DNA from: Nitrospinales bacterium | GTDB lineage: Bacteria > Nitrospinota > Nitrospinia > Nitrospinales > VA-1 | Length of the DNA: 64,000 nucleotides | NCBI GenBank assembly: GCA_965223795.1 | Contig: CBDCXL010000002.1 | Location: 2,880,001-2,944,000, forward strand | Direction of reading: 5' to 3' | Part shown: one piece after another, positions 27,442 to 38,200 of the stretch | Layout of the letters: each line of letters starts with the position of its first letter | Position numbering within the stretch: the stretch's first letter is position 1 | Program-made: the position numbers and the translations under genes | The notes under the pieces: generated by a model | What the model was told of the DNA's origin: nothing | The model's database searches: none | The model's input: only the letters and a program-made list of their open reading frames with translations

Positions 27442-29046
27442 ATGGTGATCAGTCAGAGGGAACTGCTTGATAAACTGGCCTGGGGGGATTCTCTCAAGGA
27501 GCAGGAAATCGGCGACGTGGATTTTTCCGGCTACTGCTTCAAGGAGCCGATCAATTTTTCCGGCGCGATTTTCACACGCCGGGCGGTGTTTCAGAAAGTG
27601 CAGTTTTTAAAGGGGGTGGATTTCTCCGGCGCGCATTTCATGAGCAAAAGCGGGGTCAATTTCCGCCAGGCCCAGTTTCTCGGTTCGGCCGGCGCCAATT
27701 TCAAGAAAGCCCGGTTTTCCGGCGACGCGGGCGCGAATTTTTGTGAGGCCCGGTTTGCGGGGCCGGGCTCGGCGTGTTTCATCATGGCCCAGTTCACCGC
27801 GCGCGGCAAGGCGGATTTCAGCCAGGTGCGGTTTGAGTGCAAGGGCGGGGCCAATTTCAGCGAAGCCAAATTCACAGGCGAGGGCGGCGCCTATTTCAAT
27901 AAGGCGCAGTTTTCCGGCGAAGGCGGCGCGGATTTCATCCTGACTGAATTTTCCGGCGAGGGCGGCGCCGATTTCTGGGGCGCGCAGTTCTCGGGCAAAC
28001 GCGGCGCGTACTTCTTCTTCACCCAGTTTTCCGGAAAGCGCGGCGCGGACTTCTGGGGCGCGCAGTTCACCGGCGAAGAGGGCGTGAACTTCAGCGAAGC
28101 CAAGTTTTCCGGGGAAGCGGGGGTGCATTTCAACGGCGCCCTGTTCTCCGGCCGGGGCGGGGCGGATTTCAGCAAGACCCAGTTCACCGGCGATGGCGGC
28201 GCGGATTTCAGCGAGGTCCGTTTCGCGGGCGAGGGCATCGTGAAATTCTACAGCACGGAATTTCCCAAAAACCGCCTCATCCGCTTCATCGACGTGGAAA
28301 TGGACCGCCCGGAGAACGTGCGTTTCCTCAATATCGACAATCTCGGCGACACCTCGTTCCTCAATATGGACATCGAGAACGTGGTGTTCGAAAATGTGAC
28401 CTTCCGCGCGGTCGGCAACAGTTTCGGCAGCCGGGAAATCCTCGCCGATGAAGTGTGGAGCGAGTTCGCCACGGACACGAAAAAACGGGTCCACGACCGG
28501 GACTACTTCCGCACGGTGGAGATCCTGTACCGCAAGCTCAAGCTGAATTTCGAGGCCAAGCGCGACTACGAGCGCGCCGGGAACTTCCACTACGGGGAAA
28601 TGGAGATGCGGCGCAAGCAGCTCAACCCGTTTTATCGCTACGTTTCCCTGATCTCGCTGTACAAAATCCTCACCGGCTACGGCCAGCGCTGGTTCAACGG
28701 CGTCACCAGCTTCGCGGTTCTGATTCTGCTGTTTTCATGGATCAACTGGTTCGGCATCGAGCCCAAGGTGCCGATTGTGGATTCCTCCCAGGAGGCTTCG
28801 ACGGCGGAGCAGCCTTCCGGCCTGCCCACCTCCCTGTGCCGGCAGGAGCTTTCGCGGTGTTCCGGCGTGGACTGGAAGGACGCGGTGCTGTTCACGTTTC
28901 AGACCATGACCCTGCAGCGGTCGGAGGATTTCCGGCCGAAGCCGGATCTCTGGCTGGGGCGGACGCTGATCGCCCTGCAGTTTTTGATCGGTCCGGCTTT
29001 GATCGCTTTGACGATCCTGGCCGTGAGACGGGAATTCAGAAGGTAG
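27442..29046 (+). CDS. Pentapeptide-type repeat protein with C-terminal 2-TM channel-like domain
   Basis: 16 x 13-aa repeats; YRKLK.NFE..RDYE.AGNF.YGEM; GYG then TM, pore-helix-like segment, TM. Confidence 0.8.
   Translation: MVISQRELLDKLAWGDSLKEQEIGDVDFSGYCFKEPINFSGAIFTRRAVFQKVQFLKGVDFSGAHFMSKSGVNFRQAQFLGSAGANFKKARFSGDAGANFCEARFAGPGSACFIMAQFTARGKADFSQVRFECKGGANFSEAKFTGEGGAYFNKAQFSGEGGADFILTEFSGEGGADFWGAQFSGKRGAYFFFTQFSGKRGADFWGAQFTGEEGVNFSEAKFSGEAGVHFNGALFSGRGGADFSKTQFTGDGGADFSEVRFAGEGIVKFYSTEFPKNRLIRFIDVEMDRPENVRFLNIDNLGDTSFLNMDIENVVFENVTFRAVGNSFGSREILADEVWSEFATDTKKRVHDRDYFRTVEILYRKLKLNFEAKRDYERAGNFHYGEMEMRRKQLNPFYRYVSLISLYKILTGYGQRWFNGVTSFAVLILLFSWINWFGIEPKVPIVDSSQEASTAEQPSGLPTSLCRQELSRCSGVDWKDAVLFTFQTMTLQRSEDFRPKPDLWLGRTLIALQFLIGPALIALTILAVRREFRR
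27616..28239 (+). repeat. Intragenic tandem repeat, 16 x 39 bp (consensus ADFSEAQFSGEGG)
   Basis: 624 bp equals exactly 16 units in translation. Confidence 0.85.
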
Positions 29047-29135
29047 GGGAGGGGAGAAATTCCGAAGGCAGGTGCGTTGCCTTCAGAAGATCTGCAACTC
29101 ATGCGGGAATCGATGAATCCCGCGGAAGTTTTAGG

Positions 29136-29789
29136 TCAGAACTCAAACCTCAGACCGCCGCTGATATTGTGCGATTCATATTCCGAATCGAACGTCGCTC
29201 CGGTGCTGTCGCTGAATTCCGGATCCTCAGTGGCGAAATACCTGTAATCCGCCGTCAGAAACACGTTCTGAGCGAGCGCGAGGCTCACGCCTCCGCCGAG
29301 CTGATAGGCGAAAACAGTGTCTCTGTCGTCGACGATCTCGGTGTTCCCGGCGTTCACATTTTCAAGAGACACCTCCGACACGCCGGCCCCCGCCATCACA
29401 TAGGGGGTGATGGGCAGAACATTGGCAAATTCCCAGAAAATATTGCCCATGTAGGAGCGGGAGTGAATGTCTCCGGACGCGTCGAGCGTGAGTCCGTTCA
29501 ATCCCGGAAAGCTGGAATTGATCACTTTGAGCTGGTCCACGTCGTTTCTCCGATACGAGAATTCGAATTCCGCCCGGAAAAAGGGACTGAATCTCCAGCC
29601 GACGGCTCCACCTGCATTCCAACCGTCCCGGTGTTCGCTTTCAATGATGATGCCGGAGCCGATGTTGTCGGAATCCTGCAGAATGGTCAAGCCTCCGTGG
29701 CCGGCAATGTAGGCATTCTGGGCCGACGCCGTCTGTGTTGAGAGTAGAAGCACCATCGCGGTGATCCCTATTAAGGATGCACGTTTCAT
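29136..29789 (-). CDS. Outer-membrane beta-barrel (OmpA-like/porin family) protein
   Basis: Signal peptide; PYVMAGAG, FAYQLGGG, DYRYF; C-terminal GLRFEF. Confidence 0.88.
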   Translation of the reverse strand: MKRASLIGITAMVLLLSTQTASAQNAYIAGHGGLTILQDSDNIGSGIIIESEHRDGWNAGGAVGWRFSPFFRAEFEFSYRRNDVDQLKVINSSFPGLNGLTLDASGDIHSRSYMGNIFWEFANVLPITPYVMAGAGVSEVSLENVNAGNTEIVDDRDTVFAYQLGGGVSLALAQNVFLTADYRYFATEDPEFSDSTGATFDSEYESHNISGGLRFEF

Positions 29790-30304
29790 AGGTTGTCCTC
29801 CTTGTTTAGGATTAAATTTTACGGTAATTTCAGCTTACTAATAAATTTTCACGAAGATCAACCTTAAAGGAAAGAACGCACAGGCAACCCGAAAGAGCTC
29901 CTTCGAGTACTCAAATAAGTCTAAAAATATCTGTTGGTTGCATTGACTTTGAACGAGGGGGCTTAATGCGGGGGCTGGTGTGGATTGCTTTTGCCATTCC
30001 CGCCATCCGGCGTGAATTCCGGAGACCGCCTTTCTATTCGTCTACCGGCTGGATTCTCCGACATCCCTGACCCTAAAGAGCGGTCTTACAAGGGGTTTCA
30101 AATCGGCGGCCCCTTGGGTTCCGGTTTGTGCGGATTATGGCAAAATTTAAATAAATTATATTTAAGCTATTGAAAAATAATGGTATAATTTAGAATCGCC
30201 GTTGGTCGCACTCGGCCGCGGCCCCGGCGTTGTTGAATCGTGACGGAAACAGAAGCGGCCGGTTGTTTCTATATCTGTCCAACAAGTGATGGGAGGTCGA
30301 TTCG

Positions 30305-30493
30305 ATGGAATACTGGTTGATTGTGGTTACGCTTTGGTTTCAGGACGGGCAGCAGGCGATCATGAAGCAGAACGAGAAATTCAAAACCGAAGCTCAGTGC
30401 GTTCAGGCGGCCGGGAAAGTGACCAAGGATCAATATCCGGTTCCATTGAAAGACCTCAAGGCGACCTGCGCCAAGTTCAAAGGGGACGGTTGA
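30305..30493 (+). CDS. Small hypothetical protein
   Basis: GGGAGG RBS; upstream extended -10 TGGTATAAT (30181-30189); FKTEAQC...ATC. Confidence 0.55.
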   Translation: MEYWLIVVTLWFQDGQQAIMKQNEKFKTEAQCVQAAGKVTKDQYPVPLKDLKATCAKFKGDG

Positions 30494-30560
30494 TCCGGCG
30501 GGTGTTTCCCTCCTGAAAGCAGAATTCGATCCCGATTGTACGGTGTGATGAAGCCGAAAT

Positions 30561-30604
30561 AAAAAAAGGCTGGCGTCTCTTGCGAGAGCCAGCCTCTTTT
30601 TTTT
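30561..30604. terminator. Bidirectional rho-independent terminator
   Basis: A-tract, AGGCTGGC...GCCAGCCT stem, T-tract; lies between convergent genes. Confidence 0.85.
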
Positions 30605-30610
30605 GCGCAA

Positions 30611-31453
30611 TCAGCTTCCCGTGTTCATCTCCTGCATCATCTTTTTTTCCAGCTCGAAATTTTCCACCTGATCTTTGAGAAACCAGCCTTTGGTGCGCAT
30701 GCAGCCCAGAAACGCGGGAACATGCGGCTCGCTCTCCTGGCCGCGGACGGTCTCGACGCAATCGTTTTTGTCGATCGTCCAGGGCGTCAGTTCCGTGGTC
30801 ACGGTCTCCGGCTGGTGAAACCCCTGGCCGCGCGTGTAGGGATAAATCGTCGCTTCACGGCTGGGGGGCATGGCGATTTCCGAAATGTCGATGTCGTCGT
30901 CTTCGTCGATGGCGCCGCGTTTGACAAAGCCCGCGCCCGCGAAATCGTTGAGGTCGTCCGAGGACTGACTGGCGGAGAGGCCCGTGTCTTCGGCGATCGA
31001 TCCGGCGGCGCCGGCTTCCGTGTCCTCGTCCATGTCAAAGCTCGCGGTGGGGACCGGCGCGGGCTCGGAAATCCGCAGCGCGTCTCCGGTCACATCCCAG
31101 TTCGTGCAGCCCAGGAGCGCGGGGAGGACCAATAATTCGTTGATGAGCGAATAAATGTTTTCCTCGGCTTTCACGTTGGCGGCCGCATCCGCATCGAGTC
31201 TCTTGAGCTCTTCCCGGATGGCGGGGTTCATGATATTGGCATCGATCTTTTCCGCGCTGTAATCGCCGCACCCATACGCCTCCGTCTTGAAGGAAGCGAT
31301 TTTTTCCGCACGGTTATCGCTGTCCGCCTGGTTCACCTGCGATTGTGCGTGCTTTTCGGAATAGAATCCTTTCCCGATCTTGAAGGGGGCTGAGGGTGCG
31401 CATCCACCCGCCAGCCAGGAAACCGCAAAAACGACTGCAAGGATTTTCTTCAT
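30611..31453 (-). CDS. Hypothetical lipoprotein
   Basis: MKKILAVVFAVSWLAGGC lipobox; acidic linker; Cys pairs. Confidence 0.7.
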   Translation of the reverse strand: MKKILAVVFAVSWLAGGCAPSAPFKIGKGFYSEKHAQSQVNQADSDNRAEKIASFKTEAYGCGDYSAEKIDANIMNPAIREELKRLDADAAANVKAEENIYSLINELLVLPALLGCTNWDVTGDALRISEPAPVPTASFDMDEDTEAGAAGSIAEDTGLSASQSSDDLNDFAGAGFVKRGAIDEDDDIDISEIAMPPSREATIYPYTRGQGFHQPETVTTELTPWTIDKNDCVETVRGQESEPHVPAFLGCMRTKGWFLKDQVENFELEKKMMQEMNTGS

Positions 31454-31720
31454 TCTTTTTGTCTCCCCGGAAATGGATGAATCCCCATTGATTCGTTGAT
31501 GCAAACGGCATCGGACTCCCTATATATCATACTTCGGCCCGGCGAATCAAAAAAAGTTGCTGAAAAAACAGTGCTTTATTCTTTGAAATCGGGAATTTGG
31601 AAGCAATCGGAAGGGGATGGAGGCTGAATATATCGGAGGAGGAAAGGCTTCATGGACTCTGCCGGCGGTCGAAACCACCGGCAGAGCCTGTGAATGGGTT
31701 CCGGCTGAATCGCGGCCGGG

Positions 31721-32512
31721 TCAGTTGCCGAACACGCGCTTAAAAAACGCCTGCATGGTCTTCCAGGAACGCTCGTCCGCCTGTTTGTCGTACTTTAAGG
31801 CGTCGATGCCGAATTTTTTCCGGAATTCGTCCGCCTGCGGGTTGGTGAAGCTGTGCCGGACCCCTGCGAGACTGACGTAAGAAAGGTCCGCGTTCGCCGC
31901 CACCATGTCCTGCATGAATTTGGCGACCACTTCGGGCTTCAGGAAGGGATCGTCCGAGCCGTTGATGACCATCACCGCGGCTTTTACCTTGTCTTTTTCA
32001 GCCGGGGGAGCGTCGGGCAGGGCGCTGTGGAACGCCACCACGCCTTTCAGGTCCGCGCCGCCGCGCGCCATTTTTAGAGAAACGGCGCCGCCGAAGCAGA
32101 AGCCGATCGCGCCGATGCGCGCCGGGTCGACAGTGGGGTGTTCGGAAAGCAGCTTTTTAGCGGCGTTGAACTTGGCCTCGCTGCCCGCCCAGTCCTTGAA
32201 GGCGGCGTTCATGAAAGCGCCGGCCTTGTCGGGGTGGTCCGCCAGTTTGCCGTCACCGTACATGTCCAGCGCCAGGGCGGTGTAGCCGAGTTTGGCGAGC
32301 ATTTCCGCGCGGTCGCGGGCGTGCTTGTTGTGGCCCCACCATTCGTGGACCACCAGGATTCCGGGCCGTTTGCCCTTGACGGCGGGATCGGTGGCCAGAT
32401 AGCCTTTCAGTTTCGCGCCGCCGGCGGAATAGGCGACCTCTTCGGTCTTGATGTCCGCGTGGGCGGCGGTGGTGAGCGTGAGAAACAATGCGATAGAGAT
32501 GAGCGTTTTCAT
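31721..32512 (-). CDS. Dienelactone hydrolase family protein (exported)
   Basis: VHEWWG, IGFCFGG, DDP, HSFTNP; signal peptide. Confidence 0.92.
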   Translation of the reverse strand: MKTLISIALFLTLTTAAHADIKTEEVAYSAGGAKLKGYLATDPAVKGKRPGILVVHEWWGHNKHARDRAEMLAKLGYTALALDMYGDGKLADHPDKAGAFMNAAFKDWAGSEAKFNAAKKLLSEHPTVDPARIGAIGFCFGGAVSLKMARGGADLKGVVAFHSALPDAPPAEKDKVKAAVMVINGSDDPFLKPEVVAKFMQDMVAANADLSYVSLAGVRHSFTNPQADEFRKKFGIDALKYDKQADERSWKTMQAFFKRVFGN

Positions 32513-32777
32513 GATCGGGATCCCGGTTTGCGTTAAATGGGTTGATGGATCGAACGTCCGTAGACAACGTGCCAATAAACACCGATCCCATGCCGCGCAA
32601 ACCTTTTAAGTACAAGGCCGGGGAATCCAATCCGCACAAGATGCGCAAGACAGGGGATCGCATAAAATAATAGCACAAACCGGCAGGTCCGATCATCCCG
32701 GGCTGGGAATCGGGAAAAATGGCGGTATAATTCTTCAATTCAACGGAAAATCCGGTCCCCATTGCAAAGGCGAGCCG

Positions 32778-33641
32778 ATGGAATGGAAGAACGCAGTCCC
32801 GTGGAACGGGCTCGGGATGGAGGTCAGCGGCAAGCTGTCTCCGCGCGAGATGGTGCACCTTTTGAAGCTCGATTTCGAGACGGAGCGGGTGCCGTCGAAC
32901 CGGCCCAAATCCTACGCCAACCAGGAGACTTTCCAGTTCTTCAAAGCCTTCTCCGAACATGGCGAGGCGGTGCTTGAGACCATCGGCATCCTGGATGGCG
33001 GCCGCATCCTGTGGGCGCTCGCCGATCTTAAGGCCGGATTCACGCTGCAGGAAGCGGACAGCCTGAAACCCTGTCTGCTTTTCGCCTCGCGCAACGAAAG
33101 CCGGGACCGGGTCGAGGTCCATTTCGTGGCGCTGCGGCCCGCCGCCGGCATCCTGATTCCCGTGGCCTCAAAGGCGCGGACGTCCTTCAAGAACATCTGC
33201 CGCAAGCCGTTCAAGGTGCAGTTCCCCTTCATCTCGCACGACACCAACCGATTCGACGACCTGATGATCAAAAAGACCAGAGAGGCCGTCGCTTTAGGAA
33301 GGGAGGCGCTCGAGGCGTTCGCCGCCGATGCCGAAACGCTGGCGGATAAGACGGTGGATGCGGACACCGCGCGCCGCTACATGCAGGAGGTGTTCCAGGC
33401 GGACGCGGCGGACAAGTCAGCCGACAAGAAAATCCGGACCGCGATCGAAGCCATCGAAAACGCGCCGGGGCAGGATCTGAAACCGGCGCACGGGACGGCC
33501 TGGGGATTGCTGAATGCGGCGGTCTACACGATCGACCATTGCCTCGGCGGCAGCGCCGATGCGCGCCTCAGGCTGGGCTGGTTCGGGCCCAACGCGAAGA
33601 TCAAGAAACGGGCGCTGGAGCTGGCATTAAAACTGGTTTGA
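32778..33641 (+). CDS. DUF932 / TIGR03299 phage-plasmid-like protein
   Basis: PWNGLG, ETIGILDGGRILWALA, GTAWGLLNA....DH, WFGPNAKIKKRA. Confidence 0.75.
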   Translation: MEWKNAVPWNGLGMEVSGKLSPREMVHLLKLDFETERVPSNRPKSYANQETFQFFKAFSEHGEAVLETIGILDGGRILWALADLKAGFTLQEADSLKPCLLFASRNESRDRVEVHFVALRPAAGILIPVASKARTSFKNICRKPFKVQFPFISHDTNRFDDLMIKKTREAVALGREALEAFAADAETLADKTVDADTARRYMQEVFQADAADKSADKKIRTAIEAIENAPGQDLKPAHGTAWGLLNAAVYTIDHCLGGSADARLRLGWFGPNAKIKKRALELALKLV

Positions 33642-33730
33642 GAGAAAATTCTCCCCTGCCGGGCTCGCTCAATACCGGGAATCCAGTTCGACACGAAGCG
33701 CGGTCATTCCACATTGCAGCCCTGATCCCA

Positions 33731-34240
33731 TCATTTGGCCAGGTGTTCGAAGGAAAAGACATGATGGGTGTTCGATAAGGGGGCGTGACACGCCCGGCAT
33801 GCGTTCAAGTCTTTATCCGCGACAGAGCCGTCGGGTTTGAACGCCGCAAAATCCCAGTCCCCGGTTTTCAACTCATCCGGGCGGCCTTCACCGAAGCCTT
33901 TCTTGCGCTCCATCACACCGATCAAGGCAAACTTGTCTCTGATTCTCCGGTTCAGGACACTTGTGACCACATTGCCGTCCTTGTCTTTTTTGGCTTTGTA
34001 CACTTCCGCGACCAGAATGGATCCGTAGGGCAATTTGCCGTCTTTGTCCGGACCCTGCATGGCTATGTCGTTCGCAAACAAACGGACGGTTTGATCTTCA
34101 TTCTGAATCCGGTCATTGCTGACGTAGTTGGTGAATTTGGTTTTATAGTCCGCTGGAAGTTGAATTTTATTGTCTTTACCGTGTGCTATCGAAAACGTGA
34201 ACAGACCGATCACCACAATTCCCGTTAATACTTTTTTCAT
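33731..34240 (-). CDS. Cytochrome P460 / c'-beta family protein
   Basis: Signal peptide; LPADYK, FAN, PYGSILVAEVY, VMERKKGFG, GDWDFAAF; C-terminal CRACH...HVFS. Confidence 0.85.
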   Translation of the reverse strand: MKKVLTGIVVIGLFTFSIAHGKDNKIQLPADYKTKFTNYVSNDRIQNEDQTVRLFANDIAMQGPDKDGKLPYGSILVAEVYKAKKDKDGNVVTSVLNRRIRDKFALIGVMERKKGFGEGRPDELKTGDWDFAAFKPDGSVADKDLNACRACHAPLSNTHHVFSFEHLAK

Positions 34241-34862
34241 CGTGTTCTCCCTGGATTTTCTCTTTAATTGCAAGTGCTTGTAAAGGCTTGTGTCGAATCC
34301 AATATATCATGAAGGAAAAGCGGGCGCCGCACTTCGTCTCCCGTTCCTGGTTCGAGAATCACATTAAAATAAATTAATCTTAATTTGATTGTATTCCGCG
34401 GCACAAAGCGTACACTGATTTCACCTTCCTCAAGATGATCAGGTTGAGGCAAGGCTTCAAAGCACTGTAAAGGACATCATATTTTCGCCACTCCTTTTTG
34501 GAGTGGTTTTTTTTTGCCCATCGGTTGCCGGGCGGATACTCAAATTGAGGTGAATGATGCATGAGGTCAAGGTTTACAACAGCGCGGGAGTATTAAAAAA
34601 AATCATTTCGGAGAAAAAATTGATCCTCCGGTCGCAAAAGCTGCTGGAAACGCCTTCCATTTTCAAGAGAAAAAAACGAACCGGCAGGTCCTGGCTGAAA
34701 CCGGTTAAAAACCCGGAATGACGCGACGCATCCCGGTATTAACCATTTGAGCCTGTTTTTATCGGGCAATCGCTTGCCTCAATCGGGGTGGCCGGACACC
34801 CATCCTTCCTTCCTGCCCGCTCGCCGCGGTTCAACGCCTCACCCATATTGATGGAGAAAACC

Positions 34863-35168
34863 ATGATCCTGGATCGAAACACAAAATTTCTGCTGGCTGC
34901 TTTCACGATCGCGCTCTTGTTGAACGGGCTGAATCCCTGGATCCAGCCTGACACCGTGAATGCGAAGGAAAATATGGCGGTCTCCGAAGGCGGTGCCGAT
35001 GCCAAATGTTCCCCGGCCGTCTCGACTCAGAGCCTCAAAGGTGTGAACGATGTGGAACGGTTGCTGCGATACATCGAATCCTCGGTCAATGACATTCAAT
35101 TGACCGTGAAAGGGATGGACCGGAAGATGAATCAAATCCCCATGTTTAAAAATATCGATCGCAGATAG
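34863..35168 (+). CDS. Small hypothetical membrane-anchored protein
   Basis: GGAG RBS; N-terminal TM; C-terminal coiled coil. Confidence 0.55.
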   Translation: MILDRNTKFLLAAFTIALLLNGLNPWIQPDTVNAKENMAVSEGGADAKCSPAVSTQSLKGVNDVERLLRYIESSVNDIQLTVKGMDRKMNQIPMFKNIDRR

Positions 35169-35264
35169 GGCGAGAAACGGGGCCGGTCTTTAAGGCGCAA
35201 TTTGAACACCGGCGGCCCCGCGATGGACTTGGTGACTATCCCCCCGATGCGTCTCCCTCCTTGC

Positions 35265-35298
35265 AAGGGGGCCGATTGGAATTGCGGCCCCTTTTTTT
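35265..35298 (+). terminator. Rho-independent terminator
   Basis: AAGGGGGCCG...CGGCCCCTTTTTTT between convergent genes. Confidence 0.7.
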
Positions 35299-38200
35299 AC
35301 GAAATGGATTCTTCGCCGCGCCGCCGGTACACGGTTTTATAAAGTGTGGGCAGCACGAACAGGGTGAGGACGGTCGAGGACAGGATGCCGCCGATCACCA
35401 CGGTGGCGAGCGGCCGCTGCACTTCGGCTCCCGTTCCGGTGGCGATGGCCATCGGCAGAAATCCCAGCGAGGCCACCAGCGCGGTCATGATGATGGGGCG
35501 CAGCCGCGTGAGCGCGCCCTGTTCGATCGCCTCGTCCAGAGCCACGCCTTCTTCCTCAAGCTTGCTGATGAACGACACCATCACGATGCCGTTGAGCACC
35601 GCCACGCCGGACAGGGCGATGAACCCCACCGCGGCGGAGATGGAGAGCGGGATGCCGCGCAGCCAGAGCGACAGGAACCCGCCGGTGAGCGCCAGGGGCA
35701 CGCCTGAGAACACCAGCAGCGCGTTTTTGATGGACCCGAACGCACCGAACAGCAGAACCAGGATGAATCCCAGCGCGATCGGCACGACGACCCACAACCG
35801 TTTCCCGGCGGACAGCAGGTGCTCGAACTGGCCGCCCCAGCGGATCCAGTAGCCCGCGGGCAGGGTGATCTTGTCGGCAATGGCGTTCTGCGCCTCGTCC
35901 ACGAACGATCCGAGGTCGCGCCCGCGCACATTGGCGGTGACGACCACGCGCCGCTTGCCGTTTTCCCGGCTGATCTGGTTCGGGCCTTTGGCCAGGTCGA
36001 ACGCCGCAACGGTTTCCAGCGGGACGGTGCGGGTGCGGGCGTCTTTTCCCTTCATGTCCACCGTCGAGACGGAATGGCCCTGTCCCGTGTTTTCCGGAAT
36101 CGGGATGGGAATGCGTTTGAGCAGATTGAGGTTGCTGCGGATGTCCTCGGGCAGGCGCACCAGAAGGTCGAAGCGCCGGTCCCCCTCGTAGACCTGGCCT
36201 GCGGTCCTGCCGCCGATGGCGATCGCCACCACTTCCTGCACGTCGGACACGTTGAGGCCCAATCGGGCCATTTCCATGCGGTCGAGCTTGAGAGACAGGA
36301 TCGGCAGGCCGCTCACCTGTTCCACGCGCACGTCGGAAGCGCCGGGGATCTCCGGCAGCAGGTGCTCGATTTCATCGGCCTTGGCGAGCAGCACGTCGAG
36401 ATCGTCGCCGAAGATCTTGACGGCCACGTCGCTGCGCACGCCGGCGATCAACTCGTTGAAGCGCATCTGGATGGGCTGGGTGATCTCGTACTTGTTGCCC
36501 GGCACCTCTGCCAACTTCTGTTCGATTTTGCGGGTCAGCATCGACTTGGGCATGCCGGGGTCGGCCCACTGCTCGCGCGGCTTCACCATCGCGAACACAT
36601 CGGCGACGCTGGGCGGCATGGGGTCGGTGGCGATGTCGGGCGTGCCGATCTTGGCGAACACGTGGTCGATTTCCGGGATCTCGCGCAGCGTGCTCTCCAG
36701 CGTGTCCTGCATGCGCACGGCCTGCGACAGGCTGGTGCCGGGAACGCGCAGCGCGTGCAGGGCATAGTCGCCCTCGTCCAGCGTGGGCAGAAACTCGCTG
36801 CCCATGCGGGTCGACAGCAGCAGGCTCAAGGCCACCAGGACGGCGGAAAAGGTGATGACGACGGGCCGGTTGCCGAGCGACCAGCGCAGCGCCGGAGCGT
36901 ACAGGGCGCGCAGCCGGTCCATCAGGGTGCTTTCCTTTTCGGTGACGCGGCCGCGGGCGAACTGCGCCATCATCGCGGGGATGAAGGTGATGGACAGGAT
37001 CAGCGCACCGGCCAGGGCGGCCAGCACGGTGAACGCCATCGGCTTGAACATCTTGCCTTCGATGCCGGTCAGGGTGAGGATCGGCAGGTACACCACCATG
37101 ATGATGAACACGCCGAAGATGCTGGGCCGGGAAACCTGGGCGGCGGCTTGGCGCACCACGGCGAAGCGTTCGTCGCGTTTGAGCAGCCGGCCCAGTCGTC
37201 TCTGTTCTTCCGCCAGCCTGCGGCTGCAGTTTTCCACGATGATGACGGCGCCGTCCACGATGATGCCGAAATCGATGGCGCCGAGGCTCAAAAGATTGCC
37301 GCTGATGCGGTTGCTCACCATGCCGGTGACCGCGAACAGCATGGACAACGGGATCACCAGCGCCGTGATGATGGCGGCGCGGATGTTGCCCAAAAGCAGG
37401 AACAGCACGGCGATCACCAGCACCGCGCCTTCCAGCAGGTTGTTGCGCACGGTCTTGAGCGTCGCGTTCACCAGCTTGGTGCGGTCGTACACGGTATGGG
37501 CGGTGATCCCTTCGGGCAGCGTGCGGTTGATCTCCTGCATTTTTTCCGCCACCCGCTGCGAGACGGCGCGGCTGTTTTCCCCTTTCAGCATCAGCACGGT
37601 GCCCAGCACCGTTTCCCTGCCGTTGCGGGTCGCGGCGCCGGTGCGCAGTTCCTTGCCCAGCGCCACTTCGGCCACGTCGCGGACGTACACGGGAACGCCG
37701 CGGTGCGTGCCGATCACGATGCGGCGGATGTCCTCCATGCCCTGCACCTGGCCGGGCGTGCGGATCAGGTACTGCTCGCCGCTGTGCTCGATGTAGCCGG
37801 CCCCCTGATTGTCGTTGTTCGCCGCCAGCGCCTGCATGACCTGCCTGAATGAGATGCCGTAGGCGATCAGTTTCTGGGGATCGGGCGCGACGTGGTACTG
37901 CTTCACGTAGCCGCCGGTGCTGTTGACTTCGGTGACGCCCGGCACGGTCATCAACTGCGGCTTGATGATCCAGTCCTGCACCGTCCTGAGATCCATAGAG
38001 TCCAAATGGGCGTTCTCCGGCGCAGCGGATTTGTCCGGGTCCTTCTCCACCGCCCACATGAAGACCTCGCCGAGGCCGGTGGCGATGGGGCCCATCACCG
38101 GCTCGACTCCAAAAGGCAGCTTCGCTTTCACTTCCTGCAGGCGCTGGCTGACCAATTGCCTGGCGAAATAGATGTCGGTGTCGTCCTCGAAGATGGCCGT

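Noticed and set aside
27616..28239. Periodic 39-bp DNA pattern as a possible CRISPR array
   Set aside because: It is an in-frame coding repeat with degenerate units, no repeat-spacer structure and no cas genes.
32560..32575. Minus-strand TTGGCACG as a sigma54 promoter for the dienelactone hydrolase
   Set aside because: The -12 element lacks the required GC at GG-N10-GC (it reads AC).
32778..33641. Prophage or ICE around the DUF932 gene
   Set aside because: No integrase, att repeats, tRNA or other mobile-element genes were seen.
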